Shown here: one piece after another, positions 26,545 to 40,290 of the stretch
Layout: the number at the start of each line of letters is the position of its first letter
Numbering within the stretch: the first letter of the stretch is position 1
NCBI RefSeq assembly: GCF_004010195.1
Contig: NC_057728.1
Coordinates: 41,892,844 to 41,956,843, forward strand
Direction of reading: 5' to 3'
DNA length: 64,000 nucleotides
From: Chiloscyllium plagiosum
Lineage: Eukaryota
The notes under the pieces: generated by a model
The model's input: the letters and a program-made list of their open reading frames with translations, nothing else
Told to the model about the DNA's origin: nothing
Databases searched by the model: none
Made by a program: the position numbers and the translations under genes

Positions 26545-26988
26545 CAGGTAGTCAATACATGTAATATTTTGTAAATTCCACTTTGGAAATAGAACCAGTC
26601 TGATTCAAGATTGGGATATAGCCAGACTCCAACCTCACATTTTTAATGCAATGTCTGAGCCGAGATGGTCACCTTTTGTTATAAATCCTTAAGTTATTTC
26701 AAGAAGGTGACTTAAAATAAGTTTTGGGATTTGCATATTAATGAACTGAAACCTACAACCATTCTAAAAGATGAAAGACTTAACAACAATCCAGGTTTGT
26801 TCAATATATATTTCAGTTGCATGGCACTGTAATCTTTTGCTATAAATTCTGTGTCTTATGGTCTTATTCTCCACAACCATCTGATGAAGGAGCAGCGGTC
26901 CAAAAGTTAGTGCTTCCAAATAAATCAGGTGTTGTGCGAGTTTTAGCTTTGTCCATCCCAGTCCAACACCAGCTCCTCCACATCATAA
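26545..26988 (+). mobile_element. Family B PLE-related element variant with decayed hammerhead at about 26878-26912
   Basis: ctgatgaaggagcagcggtccaaaagttagtgcttccaaataaa...ccagtccaacaccagctcctcca. Confidence 0.8.
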
Positions 26989-27229
26989 CTTTATAAAAAA
27001 GTTTAAAGTATTTATTCTAGATTAGGAAGGTACCAGACTGATTGCTATCTTGTGGAATATTGAAGTTAATCTTCGTGTCCTTGGGCAGTGGCTGGAGGTG
27101 CAGGTGTGTAAGGAATGAGAAAGGAAATCATTTCCTGATTACCATCCAATGACTAATGCTGGCACAGCACATACAGATGCTTACATGGACAAATCTGGAC
27201 TGAGCCAAACTTAGTATGTTTCAATAAAG

Positions 27230-28200
27230 CTGCATTGGCTGACTCTGCCCAATTGGCTGTCTCTGATCTGCATCACAGTGTAAGGCAGTAATCTCAGGAG
27301 AGCAGAGGATTATAGTCATTATAAAGCAATCCCTAAATGTGTACTGTAGGTCTCGGTCAGGTTTGGCACAAATAAGAGAAACAGTCAGCCTTTGCACTTC
27401 CTCTGCAAAACTGGACACATTGGATTTTCCTGAATCAGGTGTGACCCTGGTACAACACAAGCCATTTATATACTGAAGGAGGTCAACTAAAAGGTCAAGG
27501 CAAGTTGATTCACTTGTTTCATTTGTTCATTGCGAGCAAGCAAGAGGACAACACTGGAGACTTGAGTGGGAGACAAAGCAATTTGTGGGTTGTACACCTG
27601 TTGGGATCTTAAAAGATGGAGTAGGTTAGCAATGGCTGGCAGTTGACAAGAGTCCAAATCCTTCCAGCTTAAGACCCTCTCAACTGTCATCGGACAGGAG
27701 TCAGGGACCACACAGAGGCTGAATCTCAGTCTTGTCAACAGTAAAGGAGGCAAACAGGGAGTTAGTGCACCAACCTCATCAACCACCCTTTCCCTTCAAT
27801 CATAACAGTCAGTGAGATGACCATAATTGAGGTGAAAGACGACCTTTCCGAAACAGTAGTCTGGAAGCTGCAACCAGTATAAATTTCAGCATAAACTCCT
27901 CATAGGGGAAGACTGTCTCTTGAGGCACTCAGATACTCTTATCTACATTGACAGTTTTCAACTCTGGTGACCTTGCCTCCTTCTGACCTTTCAGCCTTGG
28001 CCACCGTCGTTAGTTGGATCACAATTATGTATATGAGCCAATAAATTGACCCATCTTTCAAACGCTTTGTTAGGTCTTGGATGCCACTGTGATGTAGGCC
28101 TAGAATTCTGTTTCCAATTAGATGTACACTCTGAGTGCCTGTGGAGTAGCCAATAACAGACGAATCACTTCTGTCATGGAATGGGTGTGTGCATTCCACC
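27230..28200 (-). mobile_element. Decayed Harbinger transposase
   Basis: YSTGTQ...GNRILGLHHSG (N-terminal HTH-like) and DRDLQYT...IILCS (C-terminal LQY..K...I...CC.LHN-like). Confidence 0.45.
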
Positions 28201-28288
28201 TATGTATTAGCATCTTAGCCAGCTGTTTTATACCTTTAAAGGGGCTGTGGCACAATCCAATTTTGAAACCATAGTCTTCTCATACTAT

Positions 28289-28560
28289 GAGGTCTTATGG
28301 TGCAGTTGGTTACATCCTTGTTTATGAGCTAGAAGCTCCAGGTTTAAGCCCACTCTCGAACTTGATGGCCAAGGAAGATGTGTTCACAACATAACAAAAA
28401 GGTTGAGCATCAATTTGTAAATATTTCTCAATATGAGCTGTGAAAAGTTGGCGAGATTTTTGGACTGTCATACAATAGAGAGAATTAGAGTCTCTACATT
28501 GCTATCCATAGTTCCAATTTACAACATGCAGGTAAAAGTGTCTTGCCGTGGCAGCTTAGA
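28289..28560 (+). mobile_element. Old tRNA-headed SINE (non-HE1)
   Basis: A box tggtgcagttgg and B box-like ggtttaagccc about 40 bp apart; 3' extent uncertain. Confidence 0.45.
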
Positions 28561-29419
28561 CTCATTTCTGGAGGCTGGCAGGATCAGTTTGGTGACAACT
28601 GCCTGGGTTTGATCCCTGTCCCAGTTGGAGTGGATTAGGAACTGTCTCCTTGCTCTGCCCATGGTGGAGATCACAGCACTGTGAATCAGATTTGCCTTTA
28701 GGCAGAAATCTCAAGAAGTCTTCTTGTACAAAGGTTTTCTTTAACCATTGGAATCTTACACTGAAATCTTCTCCGTTAACTTTTAAGATACTAATTCACA
28801 TGCAGATCCAAATTCCGTAACCATCTTGAAAGTATGTCATCATTAATAAAACAATTATTCTCACTTCACACTTCTATCAGACAGTCTTTAATAGCTATAT
28901 ACACTTAACATTGTAAAGGGACCACTTTATAATTCTCATGCTCTTTCTCATACTCATTTGTCCTGGCTTCACTTATCTGTCCTACTTATTTCCTTTCCAC
29001 TACACCAGATCCTTTTTAATAATCTTTAAATCCTCTCCCTCTACCACCCCTCATTCCTCATTACCAGTTACTGGAATGTACATCGCTTTGTTATTGTCTA
29101 GGTTAATTCTGAATGCTTTTAAGATGACTGCTATCACTTCCTTTTCCTCCAGTCCCTGGATTCCATTAATTTTACAATAGTCTTACATAAATAAACTATA
29201 ATGTACAAAAATGTGATAACAGCAAGCACATTTTGTAAATACAACTTATATTAAAAGGCAGTTTGTCTGCACAATGCTGATAACCATGTTTTATGTTTCA
29301 GAGGTTGGTTTGGGAGTTCTTTATGACAAATAATTTTGGCAAAATTGTCTACATCATCCTAAACACACTTTGTTCTTTACTACTTCAATTAATATAAGAT
29401 GAGGAATAATAAAACTGAT

Positions 29420-29835
29420 AAAAGACTTTAGGAAGGATTTGAAAGGATTAGAGAGAATGTAGAAAGTAATTTGAAGTATGAGGAACTACAGTTATGTAGT
29501 GAGTTGGAGAAGGGGAGGTTGAAAGGAGACTTGATAATGAAGGATCTGGATGGTGTAGCTGGGGAAAGACTGCTCATATTAGTGGAAGGATCAAAGATGA
29601 AAGAGCACTGATTTAAGGTAATTAGCAAAGAAGTAAAGGCAACATGAAGAAAACCTTTTGCATACAAGTGTAGTTAGGATTGGGAATGCGCTACCTAAGA
29701 GTGTGTGGGAGCCAGGTTCAATTCAAGTGAAGTGGATCATCATCTGAAAAGGAAGAATATGAAGGCAACTAGGTGAACAGCTCCTTCAGCAAGCTAGCGC
29801 AGACATGTTGGGGTACTGTTTTATGATTCTATGCC
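29420..29835 (+). mobile_element. Old CR1 3' fragment
   Basis: gaggttgaaaggagacttgata (RLKGDLI), tgggaatgcgctacct (WNALP-like), tail atgattctatg. Confidence 0.7.
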
Positions 29836-31231
29836 TACTGAATTTAATAAAACAATCAAAAAGACCCATTCTGATATTTTATAAATCAGAAGCCATGCAA
29901 TAAGGACTACTTGAACAGCTATAGTGTGATTCTATTTGATAGAAGTTGATGATGCATCTCCCAGTCAGGTATCTTAAAACCTTTGTGAATAGTCTACTTC
30001 AATTATCGCTTTTGAAAACAAAAATAAACACTACTGCTGAGCTAAGACAAGGACAAGATATATATTTTATGTTCAAGCATGCTCCATTAATATTTCCTTG
30101 AAATAGTCAAAACGTTCTGGATGTTAAAGTCTTCTGAACCTTAAAGTGCTGCAGTTTGAAATGCCACACAAGACTGTTATACTGTAACTTTTGTGTTTCA
30201 GATACTTTTTGTATATTTTGCGTTGCCACAGAAGTGAGTGGGATTTCAAAGACAGGTCTCAGCCTGCAGGAAGTCAACTTATACCACTTTTAATTGGCAG
30301 TCTACAGTCTGGTATGAAGGCGATTTTATTTTACCAACAAAAAGGAGCATGGCTTCTTCGACACTTTGGAAGATGATTCATTTTTTTCCCTAAATTAGTT
30401 TGCCTTTTTTAAAATAATCCATATTAAAACTTATGGTCAGGTCTAGTCAGAAACTGTTTCAAGACAAACATGTGAATAAACCCTACTTGATCCAAAACTT
30501 GGATCCACAATTGGGTGTATAAACAAAGCGCTGCTGGCTGCAAGCAGATACCATAATGAGTGATCAGAGATTATTAACTACAATATTTAAGGAAATTGTG
30601 TTTGTACTGTTTTGGCTGGCGAATGAAATAGCTAAATAGAAGATTAAGTAGAAATATGTTTATTCACTCCCCTGAAGATTTGGTGGGTCTCTTGAAGCAG
30701 CAGCTTCTGCACTGTAATTGCCCCCAGCTTTCCTGGGAGGAGTAAAGAAATAAACCTGCATAGGATTTCTGCTCTTAATTAGGATTCCACAAATAGGATG
30801 TAAAACACAAATATAGAGTTGTTCAGGAAGAAGCCATCTCAAATGAGGCAGAGTGAAAAACTGGGCAACAAAAAAATGTCATGTTTTCTTCACTAATTAA
30901 ATCTGACAAGTTTTTTCCTCTCCATTCTGAAGTTGTTGACTACCTACACAGTTGGTTCCACTGACACTGGTAAATGCAGGCAGAACAAGACTATGGTGCA
31001 ATGAGATGCTTAGCACCCTTTATCTGAACTTCCTCCTGCTTTATTTTAATGAAGGAGGAATACCTGAGAAGGGGTATGTAATGTGATAATGTAGGTACCT
31101 ACATATAAGTGCAATTTTATATCTTTTCACTCAAATACACTTCCTCATACACTCTTGGCTAGAAATTTATCTGAATTTGCTTTTTCCATTAGTAAATGTT
31201 TTGCCCGTTCTATCCATGTGACTATAGTATT

Positions 31232-32125
31232 TATGTTATACATTAACACTCCAGAGAAAGGAGTTGAGGGTATTGTTGTAAAGTTTGCAGATGACAGAAA
31301 GATAGGTGAAGGGACATGTAATGATGAAGAAGTGGGAAGCTGCAGAAGGAGTTGAACAGGATAGGAGAGTGGGCAAAGTGGCAGATGGAATACAATGTGG
31401 AAAAGTATGAGGTTATGCACGTTAGTCGGAATAGAGGCATGGATTATTTTCCAAACAGGGCACAAAGGGACTTTTGAGTCCCAGTTCAGGGTTATCTTTA
31501 GGTTAACATGCAGGTTCTGTTGGCAGTTAGGAAGGGAACTACAATGTTCATAGTCATTTAAAGAGGGATAGAATGCAAGTGCAGAGGCGTACTGCTGAGA
31601 CTGTATAAAACATTGTGAGCAGTTTTGGGTCCCATATCGTAAGTGTTGGAAGGGGTCCAGAGCAGGTTTAGAAGAATAAAGGCTTGTCATATGAGGACTC
31701 TGGATCTGTACTCAATGGAGTTTAGAATGAAGAGGGAAGAATCTCATTGAAACAAACACAATACTGAAATGCCTGGATAGACTGGATGTGGAGAAGATGT
31801 TTCCACTAATGAGAGAGATTAGGACCTGAGACCACAGCCTCAGAGTGAAGGAACAATCCTTTAGAACTGAAATGTGGAGGAATGTTTTTCAACCAGAGGG
31901 TGGTGGATCTGTGGAACTCATTGTTGCAGAGGGCTGTGGAAGCCTAGGCATTGAATGTCTTTAAGACAGAGATAGATAGGTTCCTGATTGGTAAGTGAAT
32001 CATGGGTTATGGGAAGGAGGCAGGAGAATGGGATTGAGAAACATATCAGCCATGACTGAATGGTGGAGCATACTCAATGCTCTTAATGGCCTAATTGTGC
32101 TGGTATATCATATGTCTTATGGCCT
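31232..32125 (+). mobile_element. CR1/HER1-like LINE, RT end to 3' tail
   Basis: VKFADDRKIG; gagtgggcaaag..tggcagatggaatacaatgtgg; tttttcaaccagagggtggtggatctgtggaactc. Confidence 0.88.
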
Positions 32126-32879
32126 ATGGTAGTCAGCAACTCTAAACTAAAGCTCAAAACAAAATTGTATTTAAAAAATTTATTTCACAAATGAAAATGA
32201 GGGGTTCAATTGTTTGTAGTTTCAACTTGGAGTATTTCTTTAAACTTTTACCAGTTTTTATAAAACTGCTTTGATATTTCATAGCTACCAAACATAATAA
32301 TTTATGGAAGCGCTCTCAAATGGCATTGATCTTAGTAATCTAATCAGTTTAAAAGAAATGTTTTAAATAAATCAGCAATATAAACAATGATATTTAAACA
32401 ATGTTGACATAAAAGGTTTGTTTAATGACCTATTTTCAGGCAGTATTTTTTCTAACTAGATTATCTTCATGCATTAAGTGTATGATTTTGTGGTCCAGCT
32501 GACTCCAAAGAAAGCTACTCACAGAAGCAATCTCCGAGATCGATTCCCCTTTTCCTGAAGGTAGTATGTGTTTGGAGCCAAGTTAAGGGAATCATCAAAA
32601 GGTTTAGAACAGTAACGTCATTAAGCAGGAAAAACAACCAAACATTTGCAGAGTGGAATAAATGATGGGTCGTCCAATTGGGATTAAGGTAACAGATAAA
32701 ATATTAAAAATAGGTTTTTAAACAAAATGTGCTCATAATAGACAAATGTTACATTCCATGATTATAAATTTGTATTTTCAGAGCCAAGACGTTGTCTTTA
32801 GCAATTATGAACTTAGTTGTTAAGTGGTGAACTAAACTACACAAATAGAAGAAGGTACAACGTTTTCAAGAGTTTAAGT

Positions 32880-33110
32880 ATCATTTAGAACACCACTACC
32901 TGCAAGTTTCTGTTCGAGCCACACAACATCCCATGCTGGAGATCCATTGTTGCACCTACTCTGTCACTGGGTCAAAATCCTCCAACTCTCTCCCCACTGG
33001 TATAGTGTCTTCCTACACCAAATGGACTGCAGTAGTTCAAAAAATGAAATTCATCACTACATTCTCAAGGGCAACAAAGGAGTGATGCCCACATCCCAGG
33101 AATGAATTAA
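32880..33110 (+). mobile_element. LINE 3' tail fragment
   Basis: gtcactgggtcaaaatcc..aactctctccc (WNSLP-like) followed by ttctcaagggcaac...gatgcccacatccc. Confidence 0.55.
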
Positions 33111-33654
33111 ATTCTCATCTGTTAGGTGATGTGTAATTGAATACTATATGGAGGGCACCATATGCAAAGCACAAAATCACTATTCTGAATTTCTTCATTT
33201 AACTGTGCACGCACAGATCCCAGGTACATACTGAAATTTCTGAGGAGGAGAACTTAGTGCAAACCCTGACCTTTATGCCATTACACTACTTTAAAAACTG
33301 GGCCAAATTCATTTTTTACCTATTCCAACACGAAGCTATTTAATGTATCAAAAATCACATCATACATATGAATACATTAAGACCTGTCTGCAGCATTCTT
33401 ATACCTTCTATGAAACTCTAATCTCACCAAATATATCAAGCTAATGAAAATATCATTCTTTTTCATTTTGTCTCACCTATACAAGAAGAATATACCACAA
33501 TGAAAAATTCTGAGTACTTCTTTAATTTATTTCATATTTCCATTTATCAATCATCATGTTCTTTGGTCAAGTTTTAGGGAAATTTGCACACTATGAAAGG
33601 CTTATTGCAAACCTGTTTATATGCATGGGTATGTAAAAATTAGTAAAAAGTCAC

Positions 33655-33884
33655 CAACCCTCGAACTCAGCACCACCTTCCAAACCTGCAATCTTCTTCC
33701 TGACCTCACCGCCCCCACACCCACTCCGGCCTATCACCCTCACCTTAACCCCCTTCCACCTATTGTATTTCCAACGCCCCTCCCCCAAGTCACTCCTCCC
33801 TACCTTTTATCTTAGTCTGCTGCGCTTTTCCAGCAACACATTTTCAGCTCTGATCTCCAGCATCTGCAGTCCTCACTTTCTCCC
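33655..33884 (+). mobile_element. Family A PLE terminal-repeat fragment; hammerhead segment deleted
   Basis: Near-identical to 25097-25407 but lacks the roughly 80-bp segment containing the hammerhead (ttagtctgctgcgc junction). Confidence 0.88.
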
Positions 33885-33892
33885 AAAAAATC

Positions 33893-34097
33893 TCCATAGT
33901 CTTACCAGACCACAGGGCTGCTCTTTCATTAGAGAGATGAACTGATGGTGGTTAACCGGAGGGTCACCACACCTCAGGGAAAGAAAGAGGTTGAGAAGGA
34001 TAGTCCTTCACAATAACCACAGCCAGAATGGGAATTGAACCCATGCTGTTGGTGTCACTCTACATTGCAATCCACCTGTCCAGCTAACTCAGCTAAA
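33893..34097 (-). mobile_element. tRNA-derived SINE, second family
   Basis: Minus strand A box ttagctgagttag and B box gggttcaattccc, followed by cctgaggtgtggtgaccctc. Confidence 0.65.
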
Positions 34098-35883
34098 TCA
34101 TTAGTAACCCCACTCATGCACTGTGATTACCTCAAGATCATTGCAAAAATTAGGATAAAAATATAAATAGAAACAATTACAGAAGTATAAGTTATAATTA
34201 ATTCTTTTTCTCATAATGTGCAAATAGCCCTCCTTTTCGGTTACTAATCTCATTTTAGATATGCAAAGACAGCTCATTTAACAGCCATATATTAAACTGG
34301 TAGAAAAACAGTGTTGAATTTCTTGGATAAAGCAGTCCTGATATCTGCATCATTATGAAGCAAAAATAAGAAAAGTGAATACGACATGATTAAGGATGAC
34401 AAGCCTCTACTGTAAAGCCTAATATTTTGACAAACATATCAAAGGAATTTCAGATAGTTTTCAAAAACCTGTTTTAATGAACAGAATTGACCTCCAGTGC
34501 CTATCAATTTATTCTTATCTGACAGACGTTTGAACATTTGGTCAAAATGGTCAAAGACTGTTAATCTTTTTTTCTTGAAAGTACCTCTTTCTCCTTCAAA
34601 TAAAAATGAAAAAACAAGCTGTCAGGCCAAAGTTATGTAGCACAGCGCACTCTACCACCAAGGTTGTAAAAAGAGTAGGAAATTCAACAAGTAAATTCTC
34701 ATTTCCCATTAACAATTGCTCTAGGTACAAATTCATACTTGCACCAATGCATAAAAAGGGGATTCAGGGTCACATTCCATTTTCTCACTTAGAAACAGTG
34801 CTTTACTGTAAATTATAGCAGAGAGATAAAAGAAGATATAGGCCATCTCATCTCCTGGCAATGCAGAATCATGACCTGAAAGACCATTGATCATGTTAAT
34901 GAAAACAACCTGTTTAATGAAAGTTTACAACACTGTGCAGTTAGCTGTTCAACAAAGCAAGAAAAAGCTTAGTTTAAGATATAAAGTAGATATTGCAGAG
35001 CAAACCAATGATAAATAGGCACTCTTTTGCAAAATGTTTACACTTTGTAAGGACAAGGACCTCAAGTAGAAAACTATTGTTTGGACTGAAAAATATAAAG
35101 TGAACAGGATGCATTTGTCACAGCAGTGAAAAACCCTTTTAAAATGTTTGATTTATTATTGATTGTTGCTGAAACAAACTTGAGAAGTAAGAAACATTAC
35201 TTTAAAAATCTCAAAGATATATCTGACATTCTGGTGTGAGAGAATTCTTTACCTCTTCTGCACAATAGCTAGATGTTCTTGATCATTTTCAATTTCAAAT
35301 CAAGGGTGTTGAGCACAGGGATAATGTCCCATGGGTGCTCACTCAGCCCTTTTAGTGCTTTGTCTAAATATTTGTGTGTAAACTGCACCAATTCAACATG
35401 GGGACACCACAACCATACTGGAGTTTGGTTCTAGCCAACATCCAGTAGATTAAACTCAGGAGTAGGAAGAGACAGTTAATGTTATACTCCTTCAGCAGGA
35501 AGCATGGAAGACAATTGTTTTGTCTGCTTTATTACCTGAATTAAGATCAGCTACTCAGCATAAACCATGAACAAACTTAGAATTTTATGACTATAACAAA
35601 TACCAGAGTTAAATTTTGAACAACTGACGCATTTTGCGTCGGGTATTATTTCCTTTACATTTGAGGTGAAAGATAAACTATTAGTAGATTCTAAAAGTAA
35701 CTAATTTTCTCAAAATCAGCTTTTATCTCACTTTTAAAAATGTATTTTTAAACCAACGTATTTACTTATTCTGACATCACGTAATATTTCTCTTGCTGAG
35801 AAACTAAATGGTCAATTGTTCCCCAGTTTCAATTTATTGAAACTCTTTATTGCTTGTCACCTGTGGCTCAGTTGGTAGCACAC

Positions 35884-37085
35884 GTAAGACCACAGACATA
35901 GGAGCAAAAATTAAGCCCATCTAGTCTGTTCCGCCATTCAATTATGGCTGGTAAGTCTCTCAACCCCATTGTCCTGCTTTCTCCTCATATCCTTTGATCT
36001 CCTTGACAATCAAGAATGTATTTCTGTCTTAAAGATACTCAATGACCTGGCCTCCACAGCCTTCTGTGACAATGAATTCCACAGATTCGTAACTCTCTGG
36101 CTGAAGAAATTTCTTGTTATCTCTGTTCTAAATGGTCTTCCCTTTACACTAAGGCTGTGCCTCCAAATCCTCATCTCTCCTGCCAATGGAAACATCTTCC
36201 CAACATCCATTCTGTCCAGGCTGTTCAGTTTTCTCTAAGTTTCAACTAGATGCCCCCTCATCCTTCTAGACTCCATGGAGTATAAACCCAGAGTCCTCAA
36301 ATGTTCCTCTTACGTTAAACCTTACCTTAAGCCTGGGATCATTCTTATGAACCTCCTCTGGACCCGCTTCAGGGTCAGTACATTCTTCCTGAGATATGAG
36401 GCCCAAAATTGCTCACAATATTCTAGTCTGACCACAGCCTTGTAAAGCTTCAGAAGTACATCTCTGCTTTTATATTTTAGCCCTCTTGATGAAATAAACG
36501 CCAATATTGTGTTTGCCTTCCTAACTACTGACTCAACCTGTAAGTTTACCTTAACAGAATCCTGGACTAGGACTCCCAAGTCCCTTTGCAATTCAGATTT
36601 CTGAATTTTCTCCCCATTTAGAAAATAGTCTATGCATCTATTCTTCCCAAAGTGCATGACCTCACACTTTCCCATGTTGTGTTCGATCTGCCACTTCTTT
36701 ACCCACTCTCCTACCTTGTCTAAATTCTTCTGCAGCCTCCCCAATACTATCTGTCCCTCCACCTATCTTTGTATTATCTGCAAACTTAGCCAGAATGCCC
36801 TCAGTTTCTTCATCTAGATCATTAATGTATAAAGGGGAAAGCCATGGTCCCAACACTGAGCCTTGTGTAACATCCCTTGTCACCGGCTACCATCCTGAGA
36901 AGGACACTTTTCTCCCCACTTTCTGCTCTCTGCCGGACAGCCAATCTTGTATCCATGCTAGTACCTTGCCTCTAACACGATGGACCCTTATCTTATGCAG
37001 CAGCCTCCTGTGTGGCACCTTCGTGAAGTCCAGGTAGATAATATCCATTAGCTCTTGGTCTAACCTGTTCATTATCTCCTCAAAG
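35884..37085 (-). mobile_element. CR1/HER1-like LINE nested in the DeuSINE
   Basis: VTQGSVLGP..LYINDLD...KFADNTKIGG; NFFSQRVTNLWNSL. Confidence 0.93.
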
Positions 37086-37310
37086 ACTCATCTGAGTCAC
37101 AAGTGCCACTATAGGACTCGTGCACAAAAATGATGGTTGAATCTCCACTGAAGCACTGAGGAACTATGGTAATATTGGGAGGTGCCAATATTAAGATGAG
37201 ACGTTAAGCTGTGGCCCTAGAAGCCTGTTGGGTGGATGTGAAAACAGCCCATGGCACCATTTCGAACCAGAACAAGGGAGTCATCCCTAGTTTTCTGGCC
37301 ATTATTTATC

Positions 37311-37656
37311 ATAGAATCCCTACTATTGAAGCAAGCCATTTGGCCCATTGACTCTACACCAACCCGCTGAAGAGCACTCCACCCAGACCCACCCCTCTAC
37401 CCAATCTCTGTAACCCTGCATTTTCCATGGCTAATCCAAATAACATACACATCCCTGGACACTACGGGCAATTTAGCATAGCCAATCCAACTAACTTGCC
37501 TATCTTTGAACTGTGGGAGGAAACGAGAGTACCCGGAGGAAACTCATGCAAACATGGGGTGAGCACGAAAACTCCACAGTCACCTGAGGGTGTAATCAGT
37601 CCCAGCTCCCTGACATTGTGAGGCAGCAGTGCTAACCACTAGCCACTGTGCCACCA
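37311..37656 (-). mobile_element. HE1-like SINE nested in the DeuSINE
   Basis: Reverse-complemented HE1 head and tail; ttatc on both sides. Confidence 0.88.
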
Positions 37657-37729
37657 CTGGTTATCCCTTAACCAATGTTACAGAAACCAGATTATTTGTT
37701 CATTATCACAATACTGTTGCTGGGTCAAA

Positions 37730-37955
37730 CAGGGAGAATGCTGGAGAAACTCATCAGCACCTAAGGAGAGAGAAACAGATTCAAATCTGGTAAGACACTT
37801 CCTCAGAACTGGTGAGGTTCCAAAAAAGAGTCAGACCACACTCGAACCATTCACATTGTTTCTTTCTGTATTGTTTCTACCAGATCTGCCAAGTTTTTCT
37901 AGCATTCTGCACATTTATTTCAGGATTCCAGCATGTGCAGTATTTTGCTTTTAAT
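37730..37955. mobile_element. Family C-like PLE terminal fold-back fragment
   Basis: agaatgctggagaaactc...gagagaaacaga and the inverse tctttctgt...tttttctagcattct. Confidence 0.6.
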
Positions 37956-38427
37956 TGCCTGTTGCCAGAAGTTTGTTGGGTACAAAGTGGTTGCCACTTT
38001 ACCAACAGTGGTTATACTTAAATTACTTGACTGGTTGAAAAGTACTTTGAGCTGTCCAGTGATTGTGAAAACAGCATTATTAAATGAAAGCTTTTTTTAG
38101 TTTGATCATAACAGTAATTGGCAATCTTGAGTTTAGATTTTAGCCATACTTGACTACGAAGTAAAGTTTCACTGTTATTCAACGCCATTGCCAATATCAC
38201 AGCTCAGCAGAGATTTATGACTTGTATAATGCAATGGATAGATCCATTTCGCCATTCCATAGTTCAGCAACTCAAGACTTCATTGTGAAGTCTTCCTCTT
38301 TAATCCAATGATATCTGAGTCCACCAATGCAGATTTCTGTTAACAAGATCATGAGATGAACTTTGGACTTAGATTAACTTACTTGTCAATTATTCCTCTT
38401 GCTGCTGCTTCACTCTCCCACTCTGTA

Positions 38428-38476
38428 TATAAACCTATTGGACTTTAACCTGGTGTTGTGTGATTTTTAACTATGT
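38428..38476 (+). mobile_element. 49-bp family B terminal fragment with a 10-bp target-site duplication
   Basis: ataaacctattggactttaacctggtgttgtgtgatttttaact flanked by ccactctgta at 38418-38427 and 38477-38486. Confidence 0.8.
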
Positions 38477-40064
38477 CCACTCTGTACATTGTGAGTACTG
38501 CTCCACCATCCTCACTCCCATTCTGTTTCCTGTCCTGTAAATCCCAAATAGATAGTTTAAAAAGATTCCACAGGCTGCAATCACAGGAAGCCGATTTCAC
38601 TATGAGCTGTAAAATTACACCCAGTTATTGGTCAACAACAGCATTCAGGGATAAGTCCTCCCAATATTCTCACTAAGTCATGGCTTTACTGGACAATGAG
38701 ACCTTAAACTACTACCATAAAGCCACATTGCAGAAATGACGTTATTAGACCGGTGGGAACACTTGAGATCCTTGCATTGAAAACATTGTAAAATAAGTTT
38801 ATAAAGTGATAATTGACTGAGTTCTCTTTAAAAATGGCTTTACCACAGAGTTGATTTACATTACACTCTGTGAAAGTCCAAAAGATATGAGACTATCTAC
38901 AAGAGACCAATTCATACCACTGAGCATGCAAATGGAACTCTCATGAACAAGCCTTTTGTTTTTTTTTGAAAATGCTTGAAATACTAATTTAACTATCTTG
39001 TACATTGGAACTCTTATTACAATATGAGAGAGCACCTAAAGACCAAGAGCTACTTAATTTTATTCACTTTGGAATGACAGGGACCCAGAAGAATGCCAAC
39101 CTGTGATTGTCCAACTAACATTTGACAAAAACATTTAATGGATACTTTCAAGATATAACAGAGATTTCTCCATCTTAAAAGTTTCTCTGCACTACAGTAA
39201 AAACAATGTCAAAAGGTTTCCTGGAATCTATTATCAATTTTACAACCCATACTGGTTTATTCTGTGCTATCACAACAGTACTATCATGACAATAGTGCAA
39301 AGAGATATTGTATATTAAACTTTTATGTGAGGATAATGATGCATAATTAGTTCCTATTATGGACCAACAAAAGAACGCCAACATTATCTCCCAGATAACT
39401 GTTGTACCAAAGCAGTAAAATACGAATCAAAAAGGAACTGGAGGCGCTGAAGCTCTGACCATGAAATTCACTCACCAAGGACCACCTGCTACAGGATATA
39501 TGGCTAGAAATACTGCAGGCTTAAAATGATTTGAAACAATGCTTTCTTTCAAATGGGCTTGAGTCGAAAATTTGCTTGGCAGCTATAATGTGGAACCTCT
39601 TTTTATAGATCTCTAATAGCGCTCCCCTGGGGACCCAATACCAAAGGCTCAGTCTGGTGGGGCACCAGGCCACACAGGTCAGAAGGTAAAAGGATTGATT
39701 TATACTCTGCGTTATAACTATGAAGTTTATATGATTGTCATGGTTTGGGACTGCAGGCTGGATTTTGCCATATTTTAGCAATGTGGTGTTTTCATAGAGT
39801 TTCATGCACAGTTTGTCTCTATGAGGCACAGTGAAGTTTTTCATGTTATCAGCACAACACACTCGTTAACTACTTACCACACCTCTGTGGTGCAAATCTC
39901 GTCTGATGCCAACCCAGTTTTCTGACCCACTGTAGTGAGATATACTCGTTACCACATGGATATCCTGGCATTCCTGGCACTGGCATCATATTTAAAAGAG
40001 CATTGAACACATGGCCAAGTCTGAAGCTGCCCTGCATGGATCCAGATATTTGCTGCAGGCATAG

Positions 40065-40290
40065 ATGAGAAGTGGAAATAGTTGCCATACTTCCAGACGG
40101 GAGCTGGAAGGTCCTGGTGGACAGGGTGGTGCAGAGAGCCCCATCTCTTCCCAGAGACTGCCAGAGGTAGTCAGACCAACCAACCTGAGGGTGTCACTTA
40201 GGTCAATACAGTGTTTGTGGTCTGGAGAGATGCCCAGTAGAACAGAGAATGCTTAGTAAATAAGTTTGTCGCCTCTGTCAGGGTAACTGT
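40065..40290 (+). mobile_element. Harbinger Myb/SANT-like DNA-binding ORF remnant
   Basis: ELE.LVDRVVQR...LFPE pattern typical of Harbinger trihelix proteins; frameshifted. Confidence 0.4.

Larger units (their letters stand above)
35862..37725 (+). mobile_element. Deu-domain SINE (SacSINE1/AmnSINE-like) split into three pieces by later insertions
   Basis: Head tggctcagttggtagcac at 35864; body 37086-37310 with gatgagacgttaa...gtggatgtgaaa..cccatggcaccatttcgaa...ctggcca.tatttatc; resumes at about 37661 ttatcccttaaccaa. Confidence 0.75.
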
